NCBI GenBank assembly: GCA_964510585.1
Contig: CAZECW010000018.1
Span: forward strand, 5,634 to 37,633
Direction of reading: 5' to 3'
From: an uncultured archaeon
Lineage (GTDB): Archaea; Asgardarchaeota; Jordiarchaeia; Jordiarchaeales; Jordiarchaeaceae
DNA length: 32,000 bases
Shown here: positions 18,451 through 27,200 of the stretch, in pieces
Layout: every line of letters starts with the position of its first letter
Numbering within the stretch: the first letter of the stretch is position 1
Notes under the pieces: model-generated
What the model saw: only the letters and a program-made list of their open reading frames with translations
Database searches by the model: none
What the model was told of the DNA's origin: nothing
Made by a program: the position numbers and the translations under genes

Positions 18451-19245
18451 TTAGGCGAGCAGTGATTGAAGTTGTTTAACCTTTTTCTCAAATATCTCTA
18501 CAGCAGTTTCTACAATTTTTTCTGGAGGGAGAGCACCAGTAGATTCGATACTAAATATGAAGGAGGAGTCATCCGCATCAACGTGAATGGCGTCAAATTC
18601 ACATTTTTCTTCGCATGACTTACACAGAGAACAATTTAAAACATCCTTAATCACTATTGATTTATTTTTCAGATCCAAAACACCCTTTGGGCAAATTGTT
18701 ACGCATTCACCACAAGCTTCACATTTATCTCCCTCAAGTTGTACAATGGGCTTGTACTTGTAAGCACATGTAGAAACCGGTTGGTATTTTGCATGGTCTT
18801 TACCTTGACCGAGAGAAGCGTAAGCTTCCAGCACTATACGTTGCCCCCGAGCCAAACGAACAATTGGGATTTTATCACTAACGGGAACCACTGAGGGATC
18901 TTGAGATTTCAAGTCTCCAGAATAAACCGTCACACCCTCTTCTTCCGCCTCCCTCTCAAGCGTGAAAGTTAGCTGACACTGTGTGCAACCAGCTCCCTGA
19001 CAACTGCATTCTTCCGGTAAAACATAATTCTCTAAATCGGTCTTAAGAGGAATGAGACCCAAACGGTGTGCAAGAATTTCATCAAATAGAGGAGACGTAT
19101 TCTCAATAATAATGACTTCTTCGATAGCCATAGTTGGCACTTCGGCTAAGATAATACGCCTTAAGGCATTGGCAAACGCTACATCAACATTTTCAAGCAG
19201 GAACCTTAGATTATTCGTGTCCTTAGATAATATTCGTATATTCAT
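18451..19245 (-). CDS. rpoD: DNA-directed RNA polymerase subunit D (Rpo3) with a ferredoxin-like Fe-S insert
   Basis: ANALRRIILAEVP, DEILAHRLGLIPL, GKDHAKYQP, CEACGECVTICP and CSLCKSCEEKC. Confidence 0.98.
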   Translation of the reverse strand: MNIRILSKDTNNLRFLLENVDVAFANALRRIILAEVPTMAIEEVIIIENTSPLFDEILAHRLGLIPLKTDLENYVLPEECSCQGAGCTQCQLTFTLEREAEEEGVTVYSGDLKSQDPSVVPVSDKIPIVRLARGQRIVLEAYASLGQGKDHAKYQPVSTCAYKYKPIVQLEGDKCEACGECVTICPKGVLDLKNKSIVIKDVLNCSLCKSCEEKCEFDAIHVDADDSSFIFSIESTGALPPEKIVETAVEIFEKKVKQLQSLLA

Positions 19246-19385
19246 AATCACACCAACGAGCTACGTCAAAGTTGAATAAAAATGATGCTCAACCTTAGCA
19301 AGCATGAGTAAACAACATATGAAATTATAATATAAAGGTACTTGGTCTACACTTAAGATCTCGAGCTGAAATAAATAACTAATTT

Positions 19386-19787
19386 TTAGACCCTCCGACC
19401 ACGTCGACCTCCTGGTCTACGTGTGCCGTCATGTGGATACGGAGTTACCTCTTCGATTCGCCCAATTCTCAATCCAGCCCTAGCCAAGGCACGTATTGCT
19501 GCTTGAGCTCCCGGCCCCGGTGTTTTGGGACCATGTCCACCTGGTGCTCTGACATAAATGTGTATTGCTGTGATACCCTTATCCATAGCTGCTTGCGCTG
19601 CTCTGTAAGCTGCTTGCATAGCAGCGTAGGGGGAGGACTCGTCCCGATCAGCTTTTACAATCATACCTCCTGAGTAACGCGCAATTGTTTCAGCACCGGA
19701 AATGTCCGTTATGTGAACTATGGTATCATTATAAGAGGAGTATATGCGAGCAATACCCCAATGAGGTTTTTTGGATTTTTCACTCAT
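19386..19787 (-). CDS. rps11: 30S ribosomal protein S11 (uS11)
   Basis: [35 protein letters not shown]. Confidence 0.98.
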   Translation of the reverse strand: MSEKSKKPHWGIARIYSSYNDTIVHITDISGAETIARYSGGMIVKADRDESSPYAAMQAAYRAAQAAMDKGITAIHIYVRAPGGHGPKTPGPGAQAAIRALARAGLRIGRIEEVTPYPHDGTRRPGGRRGRRV

Positions 19788-19813
19788 TTTTCATTCCCCT
19801 CAATTCAAATATA

Positions 19814-20341
19814 TTATCCTTCAACTTTAGTTTTGACGCGTTCAGGATGGTTGGGGTCGCTTAGCGGTGAAGAAGGAGCGAAGGACACCAAAGTCTCTTC
19901 CTCTCTAGTTACTAAGTATCCCGGCGAAGTTACGCGTCTATTATCTATTGCTATGTGTCCATGTGTTATAAGTTGCCTTGCATGATAAATGGATTTGGAC
20001 AACCCCAACTTATTAACTATAGTCTGTAACCGCCTACCTAATATGTCCTCAATGTTAAGTTTGAGAACGTCATCCAAGGAAGCTTCATGATTTAGTATCC
20101 CTAAACGGTTAAGTCTTCCCACCAATAATTTTCTTGATTTTTCTTGTTCCTCGTCGGGAAGAGCGAGGCAGCGTCTAGCTTGATCCCTAAAGTTGCTAAG
20201 CATAGTGCTTGCTCGCCATATCTCTCTCTTATTTCTTAAACCATACTTACCTATGAGAATTAGTTCACTGTGGATTCTATCCTTCTGGAAAGGATGCCTT
20301 GGAGTCTTGTACTTCTTTCTATGTCTTTTGGGATCACCCGT
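19814..20341 (-). CDS. rps4: 30S ribosomal protein S4 (uS4); probable ACG start at 20341
   Basis: GDPK...Y.TPRHP, YGLRNKREIW, RRLQTIV, ARQLITHGHI. The family-typical MGDP is encoded ACG-GGT-GAT-CCC after GAGGTGA; an in-frame GTG at 20350 lies inside the SD. Confidence 0.95.
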   Translation of the reverse strand, partial: TGDPKRHRKKYKTPRHPFQKDRIHSELILIGKYGLRNKREIWRASTMLSNFRDQARRCLALPDEEQEKSRKLLVGRLNRLGILNHEASLDDVLKLNIEDILGRRLQTIVNKLGLSKSIYHARQLITHGHIAIDNRRVTSPGYLVTREEETLVSFAPSSPLSDPNHPERVKTKVEG

Positions 20342-20357
20342 TTCAATCACCTCAAGT

Positions 20358-20810
20358 CTACTTTTTCTTTCTCCTTACACCCACGGTTTGACCTTTACGT
20401 CCCGTAGTTTTGGTGTGCTGTCCTCTTACCTTGAGTCCTAAGGCGTGACGTATGCCCCTGTAACTCTTCATTTTTCTCATATCATCAATGTCGGTTTTAA
20501 TGGCTAAAGTGAGATCTGAACCAGTGAGATGTAAATATTCACCTGAACTTATGTCCTTTTGTCGATTAACCATCCATTTGGGAATGCCATATTTTACGGG
20601 GTTAGCTAAAACCTCCTCAATTTTTCTAACATCTTGATCCGAAATAAACCCCATTCTAATGTTAGGATCAAGCCCAACAACCCGTATTATGGACTCCGCT
20701 AACCTGATACCCACTCCTTTAATTCCAGTCAAAGCGTAGGCTAGCTTTTTTGAACCGTCCAAATCTGTACCAGCAACTCGAACAAGATAACGGTACTCTT
20801 CCGACGACAA
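20358..20810 (-). CDS. rps13: 30S ribosomal protein S13 (uS13)
   Basis: ALTGIKGVG, SYRGIRHALGLKVRGQHTKTTGRKG; TTG start. Confidence 0.98.
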   Translation of the reverse strand: MSSEEYRYLVRVAGTDLDGSKKLAYALTGIKGVGIRLAESIIRVVGLDPNIRMGFISDQDVRKIEEVLANPVKYGIPKWMVNRQKDISSGEYLHLTGSDLTLAIKTDIDDMRKMKSYRGIRHALGLKVRGQHTKTTGRKGQTVGVRRKKK

Positions 20811-21035
20811 TTGTAAACACTCCTTATTAGGGAATCAAAAACAACAAAACACCAAATAAACTTTACGTACAGCATTTAACAGCAAAAAACAGTAAAACCA
20901 ATAAAAAAATAAATATATCGCCCATTTTCACAGAAAACAAATAAATATTCTAAGAACTCTAAACTAAAAGGTAGCTAAAATTCACAAAAATTGAGAAAAA
21001 TGTTAAAATGAAGATGCCGGGGTAACCAAGTGGAT

Positions 21036-21055
21036 CACGTTATAGGCGTACAAAA
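21036..21055 (+). other. tRNA intron 1 (D-loop, 18-20 nt, relaxed BHB; exact ends uncertain)
   Basis: The D-loop is about 18-20 nt too long and contains an ACG/CGU hairpin. Two relaxed BHB registers fit: 21036..21055 or 21037..21054. Confidence 0.7.
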
Positions 21056-21064
21056 ACGGTGCAG

Positions 21065-21089
21065 ATACTTACTAGTGTAGTTAGCACAA
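21065..21089 (+). other. tRNA intron 2 (anticodon stem, position 29/30, 25 nt)
   Basis: GUGC-AG^A...GCAC-AA^G forms a perfect 4-bp helix with two 3-nt bulges. Removal makes CAG+GC = CAGGC, complementary to GCCUG. Confidence 0.88.
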
Positions 21090-21097
21090 GCCTGGAG

Positions 21098-21109
21098 AAT
21101 ATCCTAGTA
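21098..21109 (+). other. tRNA intron 3 (canonical position 37/38, 12 nt)
   Basis: CUGG-AG^A-AUAUC-CUAG-UA^A; helix CUGG/CUAG. Removal restores a 7-nt anticodon loop. Confidence 0.88.
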
Positions 21110-21143
21110 AGCCTGTGGTCCGAAAGGATCGCGCGAGTTCGAA

Positions 21144-21171
21144 AGGAAAATATTTATTATTTACCCGAGTG
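21144..21171 (+). other. tRNA intron 4 (T-loop, position 59/60, 28 nt)
   Basis: UUCG-AA^A-GG...CC-CGAG-UG^U; helix UUCG/CGAG flanked by the T-stem. Removal restores UUCGAAU. Confidence 0.9.
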
Positions 21172-21263
21172 TCTCGCCCCCGGCGCCAATAACTACCCTT
21201 TTCAGTGGCCGGAACATATTTTGACTTGTTAAAACTAGGTAGGAATAACTGGATTTTGGATGC

Positions 21264-22314
21264 TTATTCCTCAGCTTCCTCGCTTCTGTCGTGTTTTTTC
21301 CACATAGGAGGGTAGGTTCCCGGCTCCATTAAGACACGGTTTATTTCCACTGCAACCCCGTGGTTTGAGGTGTACATTTCTTGACTGCTCATTTTTGCTA
21401 TTCCCAATGCTACAGCTTCATTTTTAAGCGTGAAGATTGAAACTAGATCACCAGCTTTTATTTCGCTCTCTAGTTTAACTATTCCAGGAGCGGTTAGATT
21501 TGCACCGTGACAAAGAGAATCTACGGCAGAGTCTCGTATAAAAATTTTAGGTATATGCTCCAGTGCATTTTCCATTGGTTGTATAATTTTTCTTAGGAAT
21601 GATTCGTCTCCATCTTCCTTCCAGAAATGGTAAGCATCAACGAGGTCGTATAGGTTTGTTATAGTATCTTCTTTGAAAGGCCCTGTTCGGGTGCGTCTGA
21701 GTTCTCTCATATGGGCGCCACAACCTAAAACCTCGCCGATGTCGTGGCAGAGCTTCCTTATGTAGGTGCCGGCCTCACAACCAACACGCAGGAGCCCATT
21801 TCTACCCTCTACTTCGTTTAGTTCAATATAGTATATTTCCCTAATCCTCACCCTCCTTTTAACCGAGGAGCGGAGCGGTGGACGCTGATAAATTTGTCCC
21901 GCAAACTCGTTTACAACTTCTCTCAATCTACTTTCAGACACATCCCCGTGCAGCCGAATTACACAAACATACTCTTTCCCAGCCGGAAGGAGAGCTTGAA
22001 CTACTTTAGTTGCAGATTCTAAAGCCACAGGAAGCACACCTGTGACTTTGGGATTTCACTGCCTCCTATGCTTCTGAAGGAAGCTCTAGTGTCCCAGCGT
22101 GGCCTGCCTTCTTAACATTCAAGATTTTTTTGACCCAGCTAACCACTTCATGTGAAGTGGGACCCGGAGGCTTGTCAATATTGACTATCCCGTTTTTTAT
22201 ATAATCTTCTATTTGACGTTCGTTGGGTGGAGTTCCATACTCCGGATTAGTGACCACGTTAGCCTTCTGGAGCATCTCTCTTTTCTTGTCGCTGGGTAAA
22301 AAACGCTCGACCAT
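21264..22314 (-). CDS. cbf5: Cbf5 H/ACA RNA-guided / tRNA psi55 pseudouridine synthase, with a 31-nt intron; join(22086..22314, 21264..22054)
   Basis: ORFs 22066..22314 ([19 protein letters not shown]) and 21264..22037 ([16 protein letters not shown] domain) join as [18 protein letters not shown] after intron removal; 339 aa. Confidence 0.96.
22055..22085 (-). other. BHB mRNA intron in cbf5 (31 nt)
   Basis: GGGA-CACU-AG^A-GCUUCCU-(10-nt loop)-AGGAGGC-AGUG-AA^A-UCCC is a full hBHBh' motif. It splits the GAU codon of the catalytic Asp and contains an in-frame UAG. Confidence 0.95.
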
Positions 22315-22377
22315 TATCCATCCCCACTAAGTTTTTAAAATAAAAATAAAGATATTGGATTGACTTTACCGCATATC

Positions 22378-22659
22378 TTAGAGATTAACTTTTACTTCTT
22401 GCTTCATTAAATCCAACAACCCTGCTTTTTCTAGCGCACTAATGATTTCGCTGTCTTCAGCCCCACGTTTGATGTCAATTTTGTTCTCTGTAACCTCCAA
22501 GTGTTTTATATTCGCTCTGCGTCTTCTAACCTTGTTTAGCGAGGGGGGCCCTGTAATGAGAACATAGTTTTTGTCGATGACCTCTACTATTACGCATTTT
22601 TTGCCAGCTTCTCTTCCCATTAATTTAACGCAAATTCTTCCCGGTTCAATTGCAACCAT
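22378..22659 (-). CDS. rpl14e: 50S ribosomal protein L14e
   Basis: [35 protein letters not shown] (KOW motif). Confidence 0.96.
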   Translation of the reverse strand: MVAIEPGRICVKLMGREAGKKCVIVEVIDKNYVLITGPPSLNKVRRRRANIKHLEVTENKIDIKRGAEDSEIISALEKAGLLDLMKQEVKVNL

Positions 22660-22721
22660 TTTTCTAAACCTCCAGTCGCTCTCGAGTCTTCCTTCCAGGT
22701 CACCCTAGTAGGTTCAACCTC

Positions 22722-23264
22722 TTAGGAGGACGAGGCAATATATTCTTCCACCACTGTCTTTAAAATCTTTACTATAGAATCAAGCGACCACAATTCGGTG
22801 TTAATTATCACATCAAAAATTGAGTGGTCATCAATGTTAATGTTATAAATTTTTTTAAATCTCTCCTTTTCACTCTTCTCCCTAGCAAGAGTTTCTTCTA
22901 AAGCCTCCTCATAAGACTTATTATCCCTTTTGGCTAATCTTCTGACCCTTACTTCGAGTGGGGCGGTCAGCAATATCTTTATGTCAGCATACTCTTGTGC
23001 CATCCAGGCGCTCAAACGAGCATCAATAATTACGTTTCCTTTTTTTGCCACCTTAATAGTTTCTTCATCAATCTGACGATCTATCTCGGGGTTATCCTCG
23101 ACATAGGAGCTAAATTCTTCTAGGCTCATACCTTTCTCTTTGGCTAAACGGCGGAAAATTTCCCCCGAAGAAATGTACCTCAAATTAAAAATTTCAGCTA
23201 AGAGCTTGGCACAGGCAGATTTACCCACACCATGCTCCCCGCTAATTGTTATAACAATACCCAC
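22722..23264 (-). CDS. cmk: Cytidylate kinase, archaeal type
   Basis: ITISGEHGVGKS P-loop, SGEIFR, DRQIDE; conserved position between L34e and L14e. Confidence 0.95.
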   Translation of the reverse strand: MGIVITISGEHGVGKSACAKLLAEIFNLRYISSGEIFRRLAKEKGMSLEEFSSYVEDNPEIDRQIDEETIKVAKKGNVIIDARLSAWMAQEYADIKILLTAPLEVRVRRLAKRDNKSYEEALEETLAREKSEKERFKKIYNINIDDHSIFDVIINTELWSLDSIVKILKTVVEEYIASSS

Positions 23265-23530
23265 TACTCGCTGCCCCTAACACTAATCTTATAAAACGAT
23301 TTTAAACATTTAGAGCAGAGGTAACCACCATAAGGCCTGTCTGGTCGCCTCTGAGTCTTTGACTTTAAATGTGAAACACTTTCACTCCAACATCCCGAAA
23401 GAAGCGCACCACAGGAAGCACAAACGGGTTTATTAGCCTTCTTCCTGCGATACTGGGTTACGAGTTTCCCACCTGAAGTTCTAACTTTTTTTCTCAGCAT
23501 AGATCTGGATCTATATTTTGGACTAGGCAA
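23264..23530 (-). CDS. rpl34e: 50S ribosomal protein L34e
   Basis: PSPKYRSRS, CASCG, RRPDRPYGGYLCSKC; TTG at 23530. Confidence 0.95.
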   Translation of the reverse strand: MPSPKYRSRSMLRKKVRTSGGKLVTQYRRKKANKPVCASCGALLSGCWSESVSHLKSKTQRRPDRPYGGYLCSKCLKSFYKISVRGSE

Positions 23531-23546
23531 CTCATCCATCACCATC

Positions 23547-24230
23547 CTAAGTTTCAAAATTTACTCCAAACAACCGCTGAAAAATCCCAGCAAAAGCAAA
23601 GTTAGTAATAAAGTACCACCAAATGAAGAAAATTCCAAAACCGGGAATTAGACACCAAGCATCAGCAGCAATTGGTACGTTTAAACCCATTACGGTGTGG
23701 AAAAATGTGTACCACTCTGAGGGCATCGCAAAAAGGTAAACTCCCGGAAAATAGCCCAACCCCCCCATCTGCCAAATTAACCAGTTAATGTCTAAATACT
23801 GCGGCCCAACAAGCCCCCCAAACATCCCCTCAGGGACACCAGGGAGTCGAGCTAAGTTAATTGGAAGCACTGCAACAATGGAGGGGATCATACGCTCGAA
23901 TCCGGGAAAACCATATAAGCCATATAGGTAGTAGAACAGAGCCATAAAGGGTATCATGTAAATAAGGGTTGGTTTCATCCTCGTGGACGCTTGTTCTCTC
24001 TGAATTCTCTCAATGAATTTTCGTTTCCTCTCTAGTTTCAATATTAATTTTTGGTTATTCTCCTTTTTCGCATTAGCCATTGCTTCGCGCCATTTCCTTA
24101 TCTCCCTACTGTATCTACGAATTTTAGCCACTGGTAAAACTAACCTGTTGACAGCGCTTGCTGTGATGCTGAGCAAGAGAGAAGCACCCAAGACGACCCA
24201 CATTGACCCCGGAGGAACACTAAAACTCAT
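23547..24230 (-). CDS. DUF106 / EMC3-TMCO1-like membrane protein (Oxa1 superfamily)
   Basis: TM1, coiled coil, MKPTLIYMIP, then TM segments ending FIWWYFITNFAF; conserved position downstream of secY-adk. Confidence 0.85.
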   Translation of the reverse strand: MSFSVPPGSMWVVLGASLLLSITASAVNRLVLPVAKIRRYSREIRKWREAMANAKKENNQKLILKLERKRKFIERIQREQASTRMKPTLIYMIPFMALFYYLYGLYGFPGFERMIPSIVAVLPINLARLPGVPEGMFGGLVGPQYLDINWLIWQMGGLGYFPGVYLFAMPSEWYTFFHTVMGLNVPIAADAWCLIPGFGIFFIWWYFITNFAFAGIFQRLFGVNFET

Positions 24231-24259
24231 TTTAACACCTTCTCATATTAATAAATACT

Positions 24260-24862
24260 TTATCTCTTCAGCGACTTAAATAACTTAACGGTCTCAGCCG
24301 CAGCCTCTTCTGCCTTTCCATCGTGGTTCATAATTATCTTCACGGTTGAGCCCGCTATCTCAGCACAGGCCAAGGCAGCTGACCTACACATTTGCTGGTG
24401 TAGATTTATATCCTCGACAGATTCAACATCACGGTTTCTAGTAGTATCCTTACTCCGTCTACCAGCTATCTCTTCGGGAAAAGCCTCCACTAATATTATC
24501 ATATTAGGGCAGAGAGCCTCAACAACCCACATAGGAAGACCGGGCAAGAAGCCTTCAGGTGTCCTGATTAGCATATGGGTGTCCACAATTACAATCTTGT
24601 CTCTAGCCATATTAGCAATTTTTTCAGCTGCTGAACGCTGTATCTTACGCTGGATTTCAGTGGGCAAACTTCTCATTTGATCTCTATTCTCTACCAAGCC
24701 ACTGGATTTAGCTTCTTCAAACATAACTGTTCCATAATTTACAAGTACAACTTCACCAAAACCTAAAGACTTTAGCGTTTCAAGCGCAGCATTCAGAACT
24801 GTGGTTTTACCACTACCCGGCAAACCGGTCAAAACGAATACTTTACCTTGTCTGTCAGCCAA
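24260..24862 (-). CDS. adkA: Adenylate kinase, archaeal type
   Basis: TGLPGSGKTT, NYGTVM, RDQMR, VDTH, GFLPGLP; TTG start. Confidence 0.96.
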   Translation of the reverse strand: MADRQGKVFVLTGLPGSGKTTVLNAALETLKSLGFGEVVLVNYGTVMFEEAKSSGLVENRDQMRSLPTEIQRKIQRSAAEKIANMARDKIVIVDTHMLIRTPEGFLPGLPMWVVEALCPNMIILVEAFPEEIAGRRSKDTTRNRDVESVEDINLHQQMCRSAALACAEIAGSTVKIIMNHDGKAEEAAAETVKLFKSLKR

Positions 24863-24874
24863 GTCAAAAGCCTC

Positions 24875-26551
24875 CTACTTTATACCGAGCAATCCCCTCA
24901 AAGCGGGGTTAATAGTGGCAAGCTGCTCCTGAGCAATGATTTGATAATACTGATAGATAATACCCACCGTTAACAGCATTCCTACCCCTGAGCCCAGAGC
25001 CCCTGCGAAATCAGCCAAGGCAGCCAAAACGCCAACACCTAAACCTCCGAGAATTGTGACCACTGGAATGTATCTATCCAGTATTTTTTCAATAATTACA
25101 GGTGATCTTCTGAAACCAGGCACCATCATCCCTGCTTGAATGAGTTGATTTGCGATATCCTTAGGACTTAATCCAGACACGTCAATCCATATGTATGCAA
25201 AGAGCCCACAGAAACCAGCGAATAACAGAAGATAGACTCCCGCTCTCACGGGGTCGGCAAAAACAGAGGACAGACCATGTGGTGTCGTAAGATAGTATAC
25301 AAGACCTCCATGGGGTATGAATTGGCCCTGAGTTCCCCAAGAAGGAATAAATTGACCAAGAAGGTTCACTATGGGATTGAAGTTCCAACCAACATTATAC
25401 TGAGCCACCCAGTAGTACTGTGCCAACAAATTGGGTTCACCTAGTAATGCTAAATAATTGTAGAAGGGTTGGAAACCATAACTGGTCCACAAAACTTGAG
25501 CTATAATTAGAGCGTTTGCATAGAGGGCCCAAACCAAGATGACGGGTATATTTGAAGTATAGAAGAATTTTATAGGGTAACGCCCTCGAAAACCACGGTA
25601 ACGAGCATATTGGAGGGGAATTTCAACTCTCACAGACTCGATATAAACTACAACCAAAAAGGTTATGATGCTAGCAATTAAACCAATTAGGTCTGGTTGG
25701 CCGTAACCTCGGTTAAAGAGGTGCCAAATATCTGCATGGGGATACATAAGATCGAAAATAAAGGCCATCCTAGCCCACTCAATAGCAGTAGGAAGTCCAT
25801 TTATAAAGTATGTATAATCATAGATATTTTGGGGAGGATAGATAGTTCTAAAATGGCTGATTGTTTGTTGGAATACACTATAAGTATAACTGTAAGGAAA
25901 TGCAAGGGTCTGAATGGTCGCCAGAATTATACCGCTAGCAAGAAAGTCATAGGGGCTCGTAGTAGTGTTAAAACAGCCCCAAAATATTTGACCTGCAACA
26001 TTTGCGGCAATAAATAAACTCACTCCACTCCCGAGGCCCCAGCCCTTCTGAATTGTTTCATCCATTAATATAAGAAGAGTTCCCGCAACTGTGAGCTGAA
26101 CAAAAACTAGGAGCATTTTATCACCAGAGAGTTGTCCGTAAGCGCCGGATAGTATGTAAATTGCAGCCTGCACCACTGTAACTAGAAAAGCTAATATCTT
26201 CTGTGTCCCAGTAAAAAGAGCACGGTCCTCAGGATTGCCATATTCCATCTGAATCAGCCTGGAGCCGACAAGCAGCTGCATTATTAATCCCGCTGTCACT
26301 ATTGGCCCAATACCAAGCTCCATTAGAGTGCCACGAGAAGAGGCAAGAATTACACGCATAAAATAGAGGTAGTCATACCCTTGCCCCGTTTGAATACCGT
26401 ATAGAGGGGTGTTAGCCATTACGAGAAAAATTATGAGTATTACTCCAGTCCAGAGGAGCTTTTCTCTAAAGGATACTTGACGTTCAGGGGCTCTTATCTC
26501 TGGAAAGAACTTTATTAGAGGCTTAAAGGCACTTAGAAACAGTCCCGGCAT
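24875..26551 (-). CDS. secY: Preprotein translocase subunit SecY (Sec61alpha homolog)
   Basis: FREKLLWT, GTLMELGIGPIVTAG, GWGLGSGVSLFIA, YPIKFFYTSNIP, GALGSGVGMLL; 558 aa with enlarged loops. Confidence 0.98.
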   Translation of the reverse strand: MPGLFLSAFKPLIKFFPEIRAPERQVSFREKLLWTGVILIIFLVMANTPLYGIQTGQGYDYLYFMRVILASSRGTLMELGIGPIVTAGLIMQLLVGSRLIQMEYGNPEDRALFTGTQKILAFLVTVVQAAIYILSGAYGQLSGDKMLLVFVQLTVAGTLLILMDETIQKGWGLGSGVSLFIAANVAGQIFWGCFNTTTSPYDFLASGIILATIQTLAFPYSYTYSVFQQTISHFRTIYPPQNIYDYTYFINGLPTAIEWARMAFIFDLMYPHADIWHLFNRGYGQPDLIGLIASIITFLVVVYIESVRVEIPLQYARYRGFRGRYPIKFFYTSNIPVILVWALYANALIIAQVLWTSYGFQPFYNYLALLGEPNLLAQYYWVAQYNVGWNFNPIVNLLGQFIPSWGTQGQFIPHGGLVYYLTTPHGLSSVFADPVRAGVYLLLFAGFCGLFAYIWIDVSGLSPKDIANQLIQAGMMVPGFRRSPVIIEKILDRYIPVVTILGGLGVGVLAALADFAGALGSGVGMLLTVGIIYQYYQIIAQEQLATINPALRGLLGIK

Positions 26552-26759
26552 TTTTCATTTCAGCCTCGGCTTTTTTGGTTTGATGCATCATTTGGCTTTG
26601 TGGAGTAAAGTGGATATAGTTTTCTTTATATTTTTTGCTGTTGATTCAGAGTTATAGACTAAGTTGTTACTATAAGGTGTTTCTTTTTCATAAAATTTGA
26701 AATTCACCTTGTTAAAATACTGAGAACAGTAAAATATTATTTTGGAATAAAATCCCTTT

Positions 26760-27200
26760 TTATTGATTGGAGGTGACTATTTTTCCACCCGCAGCCTCAA
26801 TTTTTTCTTTGGCCTTTTCAGTGAAGCTTTCTGCCTTGACCAGAAGGGGTCTTGTTACTTTGCCTGATCCGAGGACTTTGTCATATCCAAGATTATGAAG
26901 GTCTATAACTAGCATGTTTTCTTGTTTTCCTGAGGAAAATTTTTCAACAAACTGGTCTATCGTGCCCACATTAATTGTTTCGGGTTTTTTAACTATCCTT
27001 TCGTAGCGGGTGAATCCGTGTTTTCCAAAATAGTCTGGTTCGTATTTTATGGTTTGGATCCATAGATGTTTATGTTTTCCCGTTTGTCCTCTGCCGCCTC
27101 TCTGACCTTTGCTCCTATGTTGGCCTACTTGTCCGAAGCCATGAGTTCTAGACCCACGCATTTTCCGCGATTTTTTCCTTCTTCTCATCACCGTTATCAC
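26760..27200 (-). CDS. rpl15: 50S ribosomal protein L15 (uL15)
   Basis: RKMRGSRTHGFG, GGRG, YFGKHGF, KVLGSG, AKEKIEAAGG. Exact start uncertain. Confidence 0.96.
   Translation of the reverse strand: MITVMRRRKKSRKMRGSRTHGFGQVGQHRSKGQRGGRGQTGKHKHLWIQTIKYEPDYFGKHGFTRYERIVKKPETINVGTIDQFVEKFSSGKQENMLVIDLHNLGYDKVLGSGKVTRPLLVKAESFTEKAKEKIEAAGGKIVTSNQ

Larger units (their letters stand above)
21016..21188 (+). tRNA. tRNA-Ser(GGA) with four introns and encoded CCA
   Basis: After removing four inserts: acceptor GCCGGGG/CCCCGGC + G + CCA, D-stem ACC/GGU, anticodon stem CAGGC/GCCUG with loop CU-GGA-GA, long variable arm GGUCC-GAAA-GGAUC, T-arm GCGAG-UUCGAAU-CUCGC. Mature length 88-90 nt. Confidence 0.92.

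Noticed and set aside
21264-22314. cbf5 as a frameshifted pseudogene or programmed frameshift
   Set aside because: The 31-nt insert is a perfect BHB intron whose removal rebuilds the catalytic GTLDP motif.
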